A DNA stretch of 64,000 nt, taken from the NCBI GenBank assembly GCA_963662405.2, contig CAXXKT010000001.1, positions 2,208,001 to 2,272,000 of the forward strand, in the 5' to 3' direction. Below the pieces are notes generated by a model. The model was not told the DNA's origin and made no database searches. It saw only the letters and a program-made list of their open reading frames with translations. Position 1 is the stretch's first letter; each line of letters opens with the position of its first letter. Of this stretch, positions 49,838-60,910 are shown piece by piece. Origin of the DNA: Syntrophales bacterium (lineage in GTDB: Bacteria; Desulfobacterota; Syntrophia; Syntrophales; UBA2210). Position numbers and translations under genes: made by a program.

Positions 49838-51064
49838 ATGCAAGAATTTACGACACCGAAAGCACTTGCGGGGCTCCGCGTCCTCGACTTGACGCGTGTC
49901 TATGCCGGGCCCTACTGCTCGACATTGCTCGGGGATATGGGCGCGGAAATTATCAAGATCGAGCCTCCCGGTGGTGAGGTGATGCGCGATAATCCCCCGC
50001 AGGTCGAAAATGGGAAGGGAGGACCGCATACGGCAAGCCGGAGCGGATATTTCTTGGGATTGAACCGGAACAAGTATGGGATTACACTGAATCTGAAACA
50101 CCCGGGGGCATTGCAGGTATTCAAGGACCTGGTCAAGATTTCGGATGTTGTCCTCGAAAATTATCGGCCCGGGGTGATGAAACGTTTGGGGATCGACTAT
50201 CCCGTCCTGAAGGAGATTAATCCGCGCATTGTTCTGGGCAGCATCAGTGGTTTTGGACAGGATGGACCGTATGCAGACCGAATGGGTTTTGATACGATCG
50301 CCCAGGCCATGAGCGGTTTCATTTCACTGACCGGCCACCCGGGTGGCCCTCTGACGAAGGCCGGCACCTCTTTGGCCGATGCCAACGCCGGTGTCCATGC
50401 TGCTTTCGGGGTTATGTGTGCTTTATGGTATCGGGAGCAAACGGGGATCGGACAGCATGTGGATGTCTCCATGCAGGAAGCCATGGTTTCGATCCTGGAG
50501 AATGCGATTGTGAAATGGACCATCGGCGGAGTGATTCAAACCCCTATCGGTACCATGAATCCCAACGATGCCCCCTGGGGGGCGTATAAGTGCAAGGATG
50601 GCTATATCATGATCTGTACCCTGGGCAACGAACACTGGCTTCGTTTTTGTGATGCCCTGAAAAAACCTGAGTGGGCTGAAGACCCCGAGTATGCGACAAA
50701 GGAACAGCGCTGGGAAAAGAAATACGCTCTTCTCGAACAGATAGAGGATATCACGACGCAATATACCGTTGAAGAAGTCGGGAAGATGCTGGACGATAAC
50801 CGGATAGCCAACTCCCGCATCCTCAATATCAAAGAGGTCGTCGAAGACCCGCATCTGAATGCACGTGGGTATTTCGTAGAAGTAGAGCATCCTGTCATAG
50901 GGAAAGCCACGATCCCCGGGATGCCGTTCAAGATGTCCGAAACCCCCGGAACGGTGGATCGTCCGTCCCCGCTCGTTGGTGAGCATGACCAGTTGATACT
51001 GGGGAAATACCTGAATCTCACCGCAGAGGATATAGAAAAGCTGCACGAGGAGGGCGCGATGTGA
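49838..51064 (+). CDS. Family III CoA transferase
   Basis: LAGLRVLDLT, LNRNK, ENYRPG, GFDTIAQAMSG. Confidence 0.95.
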   Translation: MQEFTTPKALAGLRVLDLTRVYAGPYCSTLLGDMGAEIIKIEPPGGEVMRDNPPQVENGKGGPHTASRSGYFLGLNRNKYGITLNLKHPGALQVFKDLVKISDVVLENYRPGVMKRLGIDYPVLKEINPRIVLGSISGFGQDGPYADRMGFDTIAQAMSGFISLTGHPGGPLTKAGTSLADANAGVHAAFGVMCALWYREQTGIGQHVDVSMQEAMVSILENAIVKWTIGGVIQTPIGTMNPNDAPWGAYKCKDGYIMICTLGNEHWLRFCDALKKPEWAEDPEYATKEQRWEKKYALLEQIEDITTQYTVEEVGKMLDDNRIANSRILNIKEVVEDPHLNARGYFVEVEHPVIGKATIPGMPFKMSETPGTVDRPSPLVGEHDQLILGKYLNLTAEDIEKLHEEGAM

Positions 51065-51350
51065 CAGGCGCGTCCCATGGAGAATGCATCGAGTGGGGGC
51101 AATACAGATCCACCACCCAGAGATGCTTGACCTGATACGGGACGGATGCCGGTGGTTGTGGAGACCGTCATTTTCCCGGCAGCGCAGATGTGGTGTTTCC
51201 ACGACCTCTCCCATGGGTTGAAGAAGGGAATTGATGCAGAGGAAAGGCATTCGTATCGCGGAGGATGGCGGTTCGGATTTTGATAAGAGAGACGGTGGAC
51301 TGATTGTGAAATAAAGCTTGACAAAAAACAGTGTTCAGAGTAGGCCATTC

Positions 51351-51376
51351 CTCGTAGATTGTATGCAATCTACGAG
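51351..51376. promoter_or_regulatory. Palindromic operator, putative GntR site
   Basis: CTCGTAGATTG-TATG-CAATCTACGAG (perfect 11-bp arms), same core as the site at 48858. Confidence 0.6.
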
Positions 51377-51529
51377 ACAACATATTAAACATTGTTGTAT
51401 AATACTTTTGGCGGTTGCTGTTGGACAGACGGAGCGGGACAAGATCGTGAAGGTCTTATAAACTGTTTTGGCAAAAGTAACCATGCGTTTTTTTAGCAAT
51501 ACAAGATATCAATAAAGAAAGGAGCTGTT

Positions 51530-52786
51530 ATGAAAAAGAGATACTTGGTACTGGTTGGTATGTTGGCGTTTTGTTTTGTGATAGGAGGCATGATCACAGC
51601 GGGAACCGTGAGTGCTGCAAAGACCGTTAAGCTCGGGGCCATTTACCCCTTTACGGGGCCTATGGCGCTGCTCGGTGAGGAGAGTTATCGAGGAGCCGAG
51701 TTGGCAACCATGCTGGTCAATCAGAAAGGTGGGTTGTGGGGAAAGCAGATAGAGTTTGTCAAAGGCGATGCGCCGAATGCCAATGCAGGGCAGGCCGAGG
51801 CGGAGAGACTCATCAACAGGGAAAATATCCAAATCATATTCGGATCATATTCCAGCTCAATATCGTATGCCGCATCGGAAGTTGCTAATCGGAACCAGGT
51901 GACATACTTCGAGTTGGGTGGTATTTCCGATCCCATCACGGAGCGCGGTTTTAAGTATCTTTTCCGCACGTGTCCCACGGCATCCATGTTCGCGTATGGC
52001 CAGGTTAAGTTTATTGCGGAATATGCCGCTGAGAAACTTGGCAAGGCTCCGAAGGATATGAAGGTTGCCATCGTCCATGAGGATTCGCTGTATGGTACTA
52101 CCGTGGCGAAGTACAATGAAGAGGCCCTCAAGAAGTATGGTGTAACCCAGGTTATGGCCGCACCTTACAATGCAAAGGCAGTGGACCTTTCAAGTACGAT
52201 CCTGAAATTAAAAAAATATAATGCCGATGCGTTGTGCGCCACCTCGTACATAACCGACGCGATTCTTTTCTGGCGTCAGGCGAAAGAACTGGGCTACAGC
52301 CCGAAGGTATTGGTCGGTTCCGGTGGCGGTCATACCATGAAGGATTTTCAAGATGCATTGGGTAGTGACGTGGAAGGTGTTGCCAATGTGGACTTTACAC
52401 AGTTCGAGGTCAATAAGGCGTTCGCTCCCGGACTTGACGAATTTATCGAACTTTACAAGAAGACTTACAACATGCCGCCGAGGTCCGGTCACTCTCTGAC
52501 CAACTTTACCGGTGCACTGATCATGTATGCCGTGCTTGAGAAAGCCGGTTCTTTTGATCCCGAAGCGGTGAGGAAGGCGGCGTTGGCATACAAACAGGAT
52601 CCCGGGACAACGCCTTCGGGATGGGGTGCCGATTTTGATCCCAAGACGGGTCAGAACCTGGCCTGTGAAGTGCTGACGATGCAGTGGACGAAGGAAAAAC
52701 TCGTAACGGTATGGCCTGAAAATGCGGCGGTACAGTCTCCGATCGTACCGATGCCCACGTGGGAAGAGAGAGCTGCGGGCAAATAA
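51530..52786 (+). CDS. Branched-chain-type ABC substrate-binding protein
   Basis: Signal peptide, KLGAIYPFTG, GSYSS, YLFRT. Confidence 0.9.
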   Translation: MKKRYLVLVGMLAFCFVIGGMITAGTVSAAKTVKLGAIYPFTGPMALLGEESYRGAELATMLVNQKGGLWGKQIEFVKGDAPNANAGQAEAERLINRENIQIIFGSYSSSISYAASEVANRNQVTYFELGGISDPITERGFKYLFRTCPTASMFAYGQVKFIAEYAAEKLGKAPKDMKVAIVHEDSLYGTTVAKYNEEALKKYGVTQVMAAPYNAKAVDLSSTILKLKKYNADALCATSYITDAILFWRQAKELGYSPKVLVGSGGGHTMKDFQDALGSDVEGVANVDFTQFEVNKAFAPGLDEFIELYKKTYNMPPRSGHSLTNFTGALIMYAVLEKAGSFDPEAVRKAALAYKQDPGTTPSGWGADFDPKTGQNLACEVLTMQWTKEKLVTVWPENAAVQSPIVPMPTWEERAAGK

Positions 52787-53041
52787 TTCGCTGTTCGTTA
52801 TCCAAGGCGGATATCGTTTTTGAAAAAGGGAAAGAAAGGGGGTGTGGTTTCCCCCCCCTTCTTCTCCCCTCCATGCTCATTGAAAAATAATTCAGTGGTG
52901 TCGCTCGATAACATGGTTGTCTGACAGGTGCGGGCGATTCTGAAGTGAAATCGTTTATGTTCCAAATAAGGTGTGAGTAGTTGAAACAAAAATGCTGGTA
53001 AGAACCGTACAGCTTGAAATCACAAGGTGAGGAGGAAGAGT

Positions 53042-53932
53042 ATGATAGCGGACCTCATGCAAATCCTAGTGGTGGGATTGATGCTGGGGGGAATATATGC
53101 ATTGGTGAGTATCGGTTTGACAATGATCTTTGGTGTCATCAGGATTGTCAATTTCGCCCACGGTGAATTCTTGATGATGGCTATGTATATAACGTTCGGG
53201 TTAAATATCATGCTTCACATAGACCCTTATGTTGCTATCATAGTGGTGGCACCGTTGCTCTTTATAACCGGAATGTTGATCCAGAAGTTTTTTATTCAGC
53301 CAATTCTTAATTCTCCATCGAATGTTCAGATCTTCGTGACGCTGGGGCTTTCCATTGTCCTGCAGAACCTGGCCCTGATGTTGTTTAAGGCGGACTACCG
53401 AACAATCAAGACCGCCTATCAGACCGCAGTAGTCCATGTGGGGCCGTTGCTGATAAGTTGCTCTCGTTTGATAGCTTTTCTCGTTGCCGTAGCGATTACG
53501 CTCCTGCTGTTCGCTTTCTTGAAGTGGACGTATAAAGGGAAAGCAATACGGGCGGTTGCGCTGAATCGTAGTGCGGCTGCCTTGATGGGGATTAACGTTC
53601 ATCACATATACACCTTGGCGTTCGGTATCGGTGCGGCCTTGGTGGGTGTGGCCGGTGCGATGTTGATGCCTATCTATTACGTTTTTCCAACCGTTGGAGG
53701 TCTCTTCACACTCACCGCTTTTGTGGTGGTTGTCCTGGGAGGCTTAGGGAGTATCGGAGGCGCATTTTTGGGTGGCTTAATTATCGGGGTAGTTGAGGCG
53801 CTTGCCGGGGCCTTTATTGATCCAGGGCTCAAAGAGGCTGTATATTTTGCGATCTTTATCCTTATCCTTGTTTTCAGACCGGCCGGGTTGTTTGGTATGG
53901 GTAGAGGTTCCGAGGAGGTTGGATCAAAATGA
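53042..53932 (+). CDS. LivH-type ABC permease
   Basis: YALVSIGLTMIFGV...NFAHGE. Confidence 0.93.
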   Translation: MIADLMQILVVGLMLGGIYALVSIGLTMIFGVIRIVNFAHGEFLMMAMYITFGLNIMLHIDPYVAIIVVAPLLFITGMLIQKFFIQPILNSPSNVQIFVTLGLSIVLQNLALMLFKADYRTIKTAYQTAVVHVGPLLISCSRLIAFLVAVAITLLLFAFLKWTYKGKAIRAVALNRSAAALMGINVHHIYTLAFGIGAALVGVAGAMLMPIYYVFPTVGGLFTLTAFVVVVLGGLGSIGGAFLGGLIIGVVEALAGAFIDPGLKEAVYFAIFILILVFRPAGLFGMGRGSEEVGSK

Positions 53933-54933
53933 TATCAAATTTAATAGCGAAAAAAGAATACGATAAGTTGATTTTGGGGCTTGTGGGCATCGTTGTTCTC
54001 ACGCTCCCGTTGGTATTAGTAAACAAATTTTATCTCCATATCCTGATTACGGTGTTTCTGTTTGCCGCGGTCAGTAGTGCATGGAATATCATCTGTGGAT
54101 ACGCCGGTCAGCTCTCCCTTGGGCATGCGGCCTTCTTCGGGATCGGTGCGTATACGTCAACGCTTCTCTATGTGCGGCTAGGCGTGTGTCCGTGGGTCGG
54201 TATGCTTGTGGCCGGTATCTTGGCGATGATCGTCGCCCTGGGGATCAGCTATCCCTGCTTCCGGCTTCGAGGACCATTCTTTACATTGGCGACCCTTGCC
54301 TTTGGTGAGGTGGTAAGGCTGGTCACCGTTTTCTGGCGCCCCCTTACCGAGGGGTCCGTCGGAATCCTTATCCCCTTCAAACCGTCATTCGGTAATATGA
54401 TATTTTCAGGCAAGGTTCCATACTACTATTTGACACTCATTCTACTCGGCGTAGTGCTTCTGGTCTCATACTGGGTCAAGAATTCCAAACTCGGTTATTA
54501 TCTGGAGGCACTCAAGGAAGATGCGGATGCAGCGGAGGCATTGGGGGTTCCCACAACGCGCTGCAAGCTTATTGCAATGGGTCTCAGCGCCTTTTTCACC
54601 GGAATTGCAGGTGTCGTGATGGCGCAGTACCTCTTGTTTGTTGAGCCGGATGGCGTGATGGAGATGAACCTCTCGATCAATTTTGCCATGATTGCCGTGG
54701 TGGGAGGAATGGCGACGGTTATTGGCCCCGTGCTCGGTGCCTTCATAATGGTACCCCTGAATGAGCTTTTGCGCGGGTGGCTCGGCGGCGACTTTGTCGG
54801 GCTCAATATGGTGATTTTCGGAGCTCTGCTGATCACGGTTGTCATGTTGCTGCCGAACGGTATTCTCCCCTGGGTGCAGGGTAAGTTGAACAGGCGTGCA
54901 CTCGCTCAAGAAACTGTTACGGAAAAGGTGTAA
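53929..54933 (+). CDS. LivM-type ABC permease
   Basis: GYAGQLSLGHAAFFGIGAY, FTLATLAFGE. Confidence 0.93.
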   Translation: MISNLIAKKEYDKLILGLVGIVVLTLPLVLVNKFYLHILITVFLFAAVSSAWNIICGYAGQLSLGHAAFFGIGAYTSTLLYVRLGVCPWVGMLVAGILAMIVALGISYPCFRLRGPFFTLATLAFGEVVRLVTVFWRPLTEGSVGILIPFKPSFGNMIFSGKVPYYYLTLILLGVVLLVSYWVKNSKLGYYLEALKEDADAAEALGVPTTRCKLIAMGLSAFFTGIAGVVMAQYLLFVEPDGVMEMNLSINFAMIAVVGGMATVIGPVLGAFIMVPLNELLRGWLGGDFVGLNMVIFGALLITVVMLLPNGILPWVQGKLNRRALAQETVTEKV

Positions 54934-54956
54934 AATAGCTGACGGAGACGAGAAAA

Positions 54957-55691
54957 ATGAGTCAAACAATATTGCAAGCAGAAAATTTGACGAAACGGTT
55001 CGGAGGACTGGCCGCCGTCGATAACCTGAGTTTCAGCATCACTCAGGGAGAAATACTCGGATTGATTGGCCCGAACGGGGCGGGGAAAACCACCGTGTTT
55101 AATCTCATTACAGCGGTATTCCCCAAAACGAACGGCAAGATAATCTTTGATGGAGAGGATATTACCGATATCGGTCTGCCGCATCAGGCGTGTGCGAAAG
55201 GGATTGGGCGGACGTTTCAGGTGGTGAAGCCCTTTGGTGATATGACCGTACTCGAGAATATCATGGTCGGTGCCTTTAATCGGACGAAAAGCGTTGTTGA
55301 GGCGCGTGACCGATCCCGGGAAGCAGCCCAGTTTGTCGGCCTGGAACGGTCGGAAAGCGCGCTGGCGAGGAGCCTCACCATATCCGATAGAAAGAGATTG
55401 GAGGTTGCCCGAGCGCTTGCCACACAACCGAAATTGCTCCTCCTCGATGAGGTGATGGCGGGTCTGAACCCAACAGAGGTAGAGGAAACCCTTCCCTTGA
55501 TCGCGAAGATTCAGGAAAAGGGTATTACCATATTTATTATCGAACATATTATGCAGGTGATCATGAAGGTTTCACATCGCATCATTGTGATGGATTACGG
55601 ACGTGAACTTGCTGTGGGTCTCCCGGCGGATATCGCCAGAAATGAAAAAGTCATAGAAGCTTATTTAGGGGAGGAAACTTCCAATGCTTAG
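54957..55691 (+). CDS. LivG-type ABC ATPase
   Basis: FGGLAAV, GPNGAGKTT, LLDEVMAGL. Confidence 0.94.
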   Translation: MSQTILQAENLTKRFGGLAAVDNLSFSITQGEILGLIGPNGAGKTTVFNLITAVFPKTNGKIIFDGEDITDIGLPHQACAKGIGRTFQVVKPFGDMTVLENIMVGAFNRTKSVVEARDRSREAAQFVGLERSESALARSLTISDRKRLEVARALATQPKLLLLDEVMAGLNPTEVEETLPLIAKIQEKGITIFIIEHIMQVIMKVSHRIIVMDYGRELAVGLPADIARNEKVIEAYLGEETSNA

Positions 55692-56388
55692 TTTAGAAAA
55701 TGTCAATGTTGCCTATGGTGATGTGCAGGTCTTATGGGATATTTCCATGAGTATTGGCCAGGGCGATCTTGTTGCTCTGGTCGGTGCCAACGCATCGGGG
55801 AAAAGCACAACCATCAACACCCTCTCGGGACTGGTTAAGCCCCTTTCCGGGACGATTCTGTTTGACGGTCAACCGATACACGACATGGATCCTCATAAGG
55901 TTGTCGAGTTAGGGGTTGTGCAGGTTCCGGAAGGAAGGCAGCTCTTCTCGCATATGTCGGTGATGGAGAATCTGGAACTGGGAGCCTTCACTCGCGAGGC
56001 GCGAAAGTCCAAGAAGAAGAATATCGATATGATATTTGATATTCTGCCGGATCTCAAGGCGAAGGCGAAGACCTTTGCCGTGGAACTCAGCGGTGGTCAG
56101 CAGCAGATGTGCGCCATAGCGCGGGGATTGATGGCGGAACCGAAACTCTTGATGATCGATGAGCTTTCCCTCGGGTTGTCGCCTCTCCTGGCGCAACAGA
56201 TGTTTGATCTGGTGAAAAGGATCCATGAGCAGGGGATAACCATCCTTCTGGTGGAACAGAATGTCCGCCAATCACTTCATATCGCAGACGACGCATTTGT
56301 TCTTGAAAACGGATGTGTCGCGATGTGTGGTAAGGCCTGTGATCTGTTGGAGGACGAAGGGTTGAAGCGGGCGTATCTCGGGATGTAG
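55684..56388 (+). CDS. LivF-type ABC ATPase
   Basis: GANASGKST, VPEGR, LSGGQQQM. Confidence 0.94.
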   Translation: MLSLENVNVAYGDVQVLWDISMSIGQGDLVALVGANASGKSTTINTLSGLVKPLSGTILFDGQPIHDMDPHKVVELGVVQVPEGRQLFSHMSVMENLELGAFTREARKSKKKNIDMIFDILPDLKAKAKTFAVELSGGQQQMCAIARGLMAEPKLLMIDELSLGLSPLLAQQMFDLVKRIHEQGITILLVEQNVRQSLHIADDAFVLENGCVAMCGKACDLLEDEGLKRAYLGM

Positions 56389-56658
56389 GGATCGCCATGC
56401 GCTCCTGTGATCAATTATGGAGTTCTTGAAAAATAACAGGTATCATGTAGTTATGATTTTCTATGCGTGGTTCGGGAACGTCGCGTAGTCGGCCCTATGC
56501 CCCCGGGTTTCAGAGCTGAGGGCATTCATTCGGTTGTGAGGGATTGGCGCACGGATGTGGTATGCCGGGGGCAGTGTACGACGCGGGTGGAGAGTCAGCA
56601 TACGGGATGTTCCGCAGAAGGAATGTCGCATTATACGCTGGGTGATGGAGTGGGAAAG

Positions 56659-57690
56659 ATGCGTGCAGTGGTAAAGACGGAAAGAAAAAGAGGCGCGGTG
56701 GAGGTCCTCGATGTCCCCTCTCCGGAGGTTTCGGAGAGAGACGTCCTGATCAGGACAGAGGCCTGTGGTATTTGTGGGAGTGATCTCCATGCTTATCAAT
56801 ACGATCCGGGATACGAGTTCATACAAATACCGGTCATATTCGGCCATGAATATTGCGGGACGGTTGTCGACACCGGCTCAGCAGTTGAAAACTTTAAACC
56901 GGGAGACCGGGTCGTCGTCGAATCAGGAAGCTATTGCGGAGTGTGCCGCCACTGCCGGGAAGGAAATTCTAATCTCTGTGAGCATTACCAGGTATTTGGC
57001 TTGGCCCGAGACGGTGGCATGGCACAGTTTTCATCCGTTGGTGAACGGTTCATTCACCGTTTGGATAGCAGGGTCGACGCTCCCAGTGGCGCCCTCGTTG
57101 AACCGGCCACCGTCGCCATCCATGCTGTCGCCGACAAGTGCACCGTCGGGTTGGGCTCTCGCGTCGTGGTGACGGGATTGGGTGTCATCGGTTTGCTGGT
57201 GGCCCAAGTGGCGAGACTGAAGGGAGCAAGCAGGGTCATCATGGTGGGCACTGCGGACGATGAGGAGATCCGTTTGCCCCTGGCGAGAACTCTGGGCTTT
57301 GAAACGATATCTCTTGCGCACCAAACGCTCGCTCAAGGGGTCGCGTCACTGACCGGTGAGTCTGAAGTTGATCTGGCCATTGAATGCTCGGGAAATGGCA
57401 AGGCGATTGAAGATTCCGTATCGCTTTTACGGAAGGGCGGTACGCTTCTTGTCGTCGGTTTGTATCCAAAGCCGGTCGAACTATTCCTGACGCCCCTTGT
57501 GCGAAGAGAAATTTCTCTCGTCACCAGTTATTGCTCACGATGGATCAACTATGAGCAAGCTATTGAACTTTTTGCAACAGGAAAGCTTGATCCGAGTCCT
57601 TTGATCTCCACCTACGATCTCAAAGATGCACCTGAGGCATTTGAGGACTCACTGCGGAAAAGAGTCGTTAAGGCGGTGCTGATACCGTAG
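56659..57690 (+). CDS. Zinc-dependent (threonine/sorbitol-type) dehydrogenase
   Basis: GICGSDLH, GHE, C..C..C...C, GLGVIG. Confidence 0.92.
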   Translation: MRAVVKTERKRGAVEVLDVPSPEVSERDVLIRTEACGICGSDLHAYQYDPGYEFIQIPVIFGHEYCGTVVDTGSAVENFKPGDRVVVESGSYCGVCRHCREGNSNLCEHYQVFGLARDGGMAQFSSVGERFIHRLDSRVDAPSGALVEPATVAIHAVADKCTVGLGSRVVVTGLGVIGLLVAQVARLKGASRVIMVGTADDEEIRLPLARTLGFETISLAHQTLAQGVASLTGESEVDLAIECSGNGKAIEDSVSLLRKGGTLLVVGLYPKPVELFLTPLVRREISLVTSYCSRWINYEQAIELFATGKLDPSPLISTYDLKDAPEAFEDSLRKRVVKAVLIP

Positions 57691-57922
57691 CTCTATAAGC
57701 GCGGGCATGATCCTTCCCGATGTGAAGAGAGGGTGGCACTGCCCATTTCGTGGTACGGGAGACGGGTCGCGGCGTTACCGACCTGGAACCATGGATTGCT
57801 CCGATTATGCGTTCTCGAGTTCTCGCATGCAGGAGACGGAGGATATGCCGGCACCATGACGGATACATCCGGGGCGCATGCTTGTTTTCGAGGGGATCAC
57901 GGGAAAAGGAGAGCACCGGAAC

Positions 57923-58237
57923 ATGATACGCCGAGATGATTATCGTAAAAGGTTCGCAGGGCTGGAGCCGAACCTGTACAGGGGCGGCAAGACCATCGAC
58001 CGGTTTGACCCAAAAAAGGTGGGTGGCATGAGCGTTATGGCTGCAACCTGCGACACCGCCTTCGGTCCCGCGTATGAGGATCCGGGGACCGCCACCGTGC
58101 ATATCACCGGAGAAAAGATCAATCGTTCTTGCCATATCTCCCTGAGAGTGGAGAACCTCCGCAACAAGCAGAATATGAGCTGTCTTTCCAGTCAGGAGGT
58201 GGCCGGGTGCACCCGGTGCTGTATGGGGATCGATGCC
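57923..58237 (+). pseudogene. Decayed N-terminal fragment paralogous to 46838-48313
   Basis: DRFDPK.VGG.SVMA.T.D.AF.PAYE..GTA..HITGEKINR.CHI...NKQ.M...QEV.GC..CMGID aligns with the intact gene, then homology stops. Confidence 0.85.
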
Positions 58238-58513
58238 CGGTACGGGGGTGGTTCTCCCGACGGCAAGATCCCCCATCGCCCACAGGGTGTCGAACCTGAT
58301 GATATTTGCCTGGGGATAAGAGGCAAATGCCGAAGAATACGGATCCGGTACCCCCTTTTGTGCTGGAAGGGGGTACGAGATTCTGTTATACAGGGAAAGG
58401 CTGAAACCTCCCATGCCCTGATCAGTTTGGAAAAAGCACGATGACTTGCCGCAGGATGTCGTGAATTGGCAAGGTGCTTTGTTGAATCTGCAATTGAAAC
58501 GATATAAGGAGGA

Positions 58514-59212
58514 ATGATGGCTAAAGAATCGACTGGGAAATCATTACGGCAGATCATTTATGAAAAAATACGAGATGACATCACCTACAGGCGTCTCGTG
58601 CCGGGTGAACGTCTGACGGAGATGGAATTATCCGAGCGGTACAGCGCAAGCCGCAGCCCCATTCGTGAGGCTCTGAGACAGCTCGAGAGCGAAGGGCTGC
58701 TCTCTTTTCAAAGGAATAAAGGAATTACCGTCCGTAAGCTCACCAAGAAACAACTGGGAGAACTATATGAATCGATGGCTGTCCTTGAAGGGTATGTAGC
58801 CGGTCTCGCCGTGAAAAAAATGGATGAAAAGGCCATCGAGACCCTCTCCACTCTTCATAAAGAGTTGATCAGGGCCGCCCGGGAGAGGGATTTGCCGTTG
58901 TGGTTTCACAACAATACCCGTTTCCACCGAATCTTCAGAGATACGGCGGAAAATGAGACGCTCAACGATCTCATCGATATGATTCAAAGAAGGGTCCATC
59001 TGTATCAGCATAGGTCTGTCGATTATCATCGAGCGTTCGACCTGTATATCGAACACCACCAAGAGATCATTACTCTCTGCAAACAAAAAGATTCCGCGGG
59101 CACCGAGCGGGTTATGAGGATCCATGTACAGACGGCGTACCGGTATATCATGGAATCATTATTGATGGATGAAGGCTTATTGGTACAAAGAGCTGCTTCC
59201 CTGGTCTCATAG
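58514..59212 (+). CDS. GntR-family (FCD) regulator
   Basis: PGERL.E.EL......SRSPIREALRQLESEGL, NTRFH, EH..I. Confidence 0.93.
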   Translation: MMAKESTGKSLRQIIYEKIRDDITYRRLVPGERLTEMELSERYSASRSPIREALRQLESEGLLSFQRNKGITVRKLTKKQLGELYESMAVLEGYVAGLAVKKMDEKAIETLSTLHKELIRAARERDLPLWFHNNTRFHRIFRDTAENETLNDLIDMIQRRVHLYQHRSVDYHRAFDLYIEHHQEIITLCKQKDSAGTERVMRIHVQTAYRYIMESLLMDEGLLVQRAASLVS

Positions 59213-59683
59213 GGCGCACGGCGGGTACCTTCCTGTAGAGAGTATATACAAAGATTCATTGGGGTGTCATTCCGACATTCAACCATTGGATCGGTCATGT
59301 GTCAATGCCGTTATCTCATAAACGGCTACCCTCCATATCACACCAATTTTCATTACGCTTGTCACAAAACACCGTGTGGTGGAATCCCCGGGAGACGCTC
59401 AACACCTCCGCAATCAAGAACGGAATATAAGATATCGTGCCGAGTCCTATGGTCTCTCCCGCACCCTGCGGCGCTTTTTCGCATGATATATGCGGTTGCT
59501 CCGCCTCATGCTGTCTGTCTTGAAAGAATATTTTTCATGCAACGAAAAATGTGTTATAGGCCCCGAGTGTAAAATCTCCGGGTGCTTGTTGATTTCCCTT
59601 GAGCGCGCTGTAAGTGAATAGTGTTCCTGATTTTTCCTGTGTCTATATGTGCCTGAATCTATTGATATAAAAGGAGGAAATAC

Positions 59684-60733
59684 ATGTTCAAGACGAGAAT
59701 GACGGAGATGTTCGGAATACAGCACCCGATCATGCTGGCAGGGATGAACTGGATTACAGAGCCGAATTTAATATCGGCGGTCTGCAACGCCGGTGGGCTG
59801 GGTATCCTGGCCACCGCGCGGTGTACTCCACAAGAGACCCGGGAGAACATCAGGCAGATCAAGGATATGACGGACAAACCCTTTGGGATTAATCAGATCC
59901 TCATTGGCCCCGGTGCCAAAGAGAATATTGAAATCGCCATTGAAGAGAGAATTCCTTTCATCAACTATTCCTTGGGAAAACCATGGTTTGTCGATGACGT
60001 CCATGCGTACGGTGGTAAGGTTATCGGGACGATTGCCGTCGCCAAGCACGCGGCCCGCGCGGTAAAACTGGGATGTGATGCCCTGGTCGTCACGGGGCAC
60101 GAGGCGGCGGCTCACGGCGATGCCGCAACATCTTTGGTCCTGATTCCCTTGGTGGCAAGCATGGTGGACATCCCTCTGATCGCTGCGGGGGGCTTTTACA
60201 ACGGACAGGGCCTGGCAGCGGCGCTTGCGTTGGGGGCCGACGGGATATCGATGGGGAGCCGATTCATGGTTGTTGAAGAAAGCATGGTACATGACAACTT
60301 CAAGCGGCTCTGTATAGAGGCCACGGAACAGGATACGCTCTACGACAATGTCTTTGACGGGATGGATGGCCGTGTCCTGAAGACAAAGGAAGCCGAGGCG
60401 ATGATGAGGCGGGGTTTCCCGATTGTCGAAGCGATCAAGGGTGCCCTTTTGGCGAAGAAGATTTTCAAGATGTCCTTTGCAAAATTCTTGGGCGCGGCCG
60501 TCGAGATGGTGCGCGCAGAAGAAGGGCACCCCCTCCTGGTTCTCGCCCGGCAGGCCGTCGCAAATATGAAACATATGAAGGCACTCAACGAGGGCGATGT
60601 TGAAGGCGGGATCCTCTTCGCCGGTCAGTGCTGCGGAGGAATTACCGATATCCCCACGACAAAGGAGGCAATCGATCGGATTATCGCGGAAGCCGAAGAG
60701 ACGCTGCAGAAGGTGAATGCCCTGAAGGTATAA
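59684..60733 (+). CDS. Nitronate monooxygenase / FabK-family flavoprotein
   Basis: AVCNAGGLG, TDKPFGIN, GHEAAAH, IAAGGF, ALGADG..MGSRF. Confidence 0.9.
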   Translation: MFKTRMTEMFGIQHPIMLAGMNWITEPNLISAVCNAGGLGILATARCTPQETRENIRQIKDMTDKPFGINQILIGPGAKENIEIAIEERIPFINYSLGKPWFVDDVHAYGGKVIGTIAVAKHAARAVKLGCDALVVTGHEAAAHGDAATSLVLIPLVASMVDIPLIAAGGFYNGQGLAAALALGADGISMGSRFMVVEESMVHDNFKRLCIEATEQDTLYDNVFDGMDGRVLKTKEAEAMMRRGFPIVEAIKGALLAKKIFKMSFAKFLGAAVEMVRAEEGHPLLVLARQAVANMKHMKALNEGDVEGGILFAGQCCGGITDIPTTKEAIDRIIAEAEETLQKVNALKV

Positions 60734-60910
60734 AAGCGTCGACGGCTCATTTCTCCGGGGCCATTCATGGTCCCGGGCGCCCCACTTTTTATTCCATACC
60801 GGGGGGACGGATTGTTTCCCCCGCCCCCCGGTTCCTTATTCCCTTCGCTCGCTCATGGATACCCGGTGGCGGGGAAGCCCCACTCTATTGATCCAGCGTG
60901 AAGGCGTATC

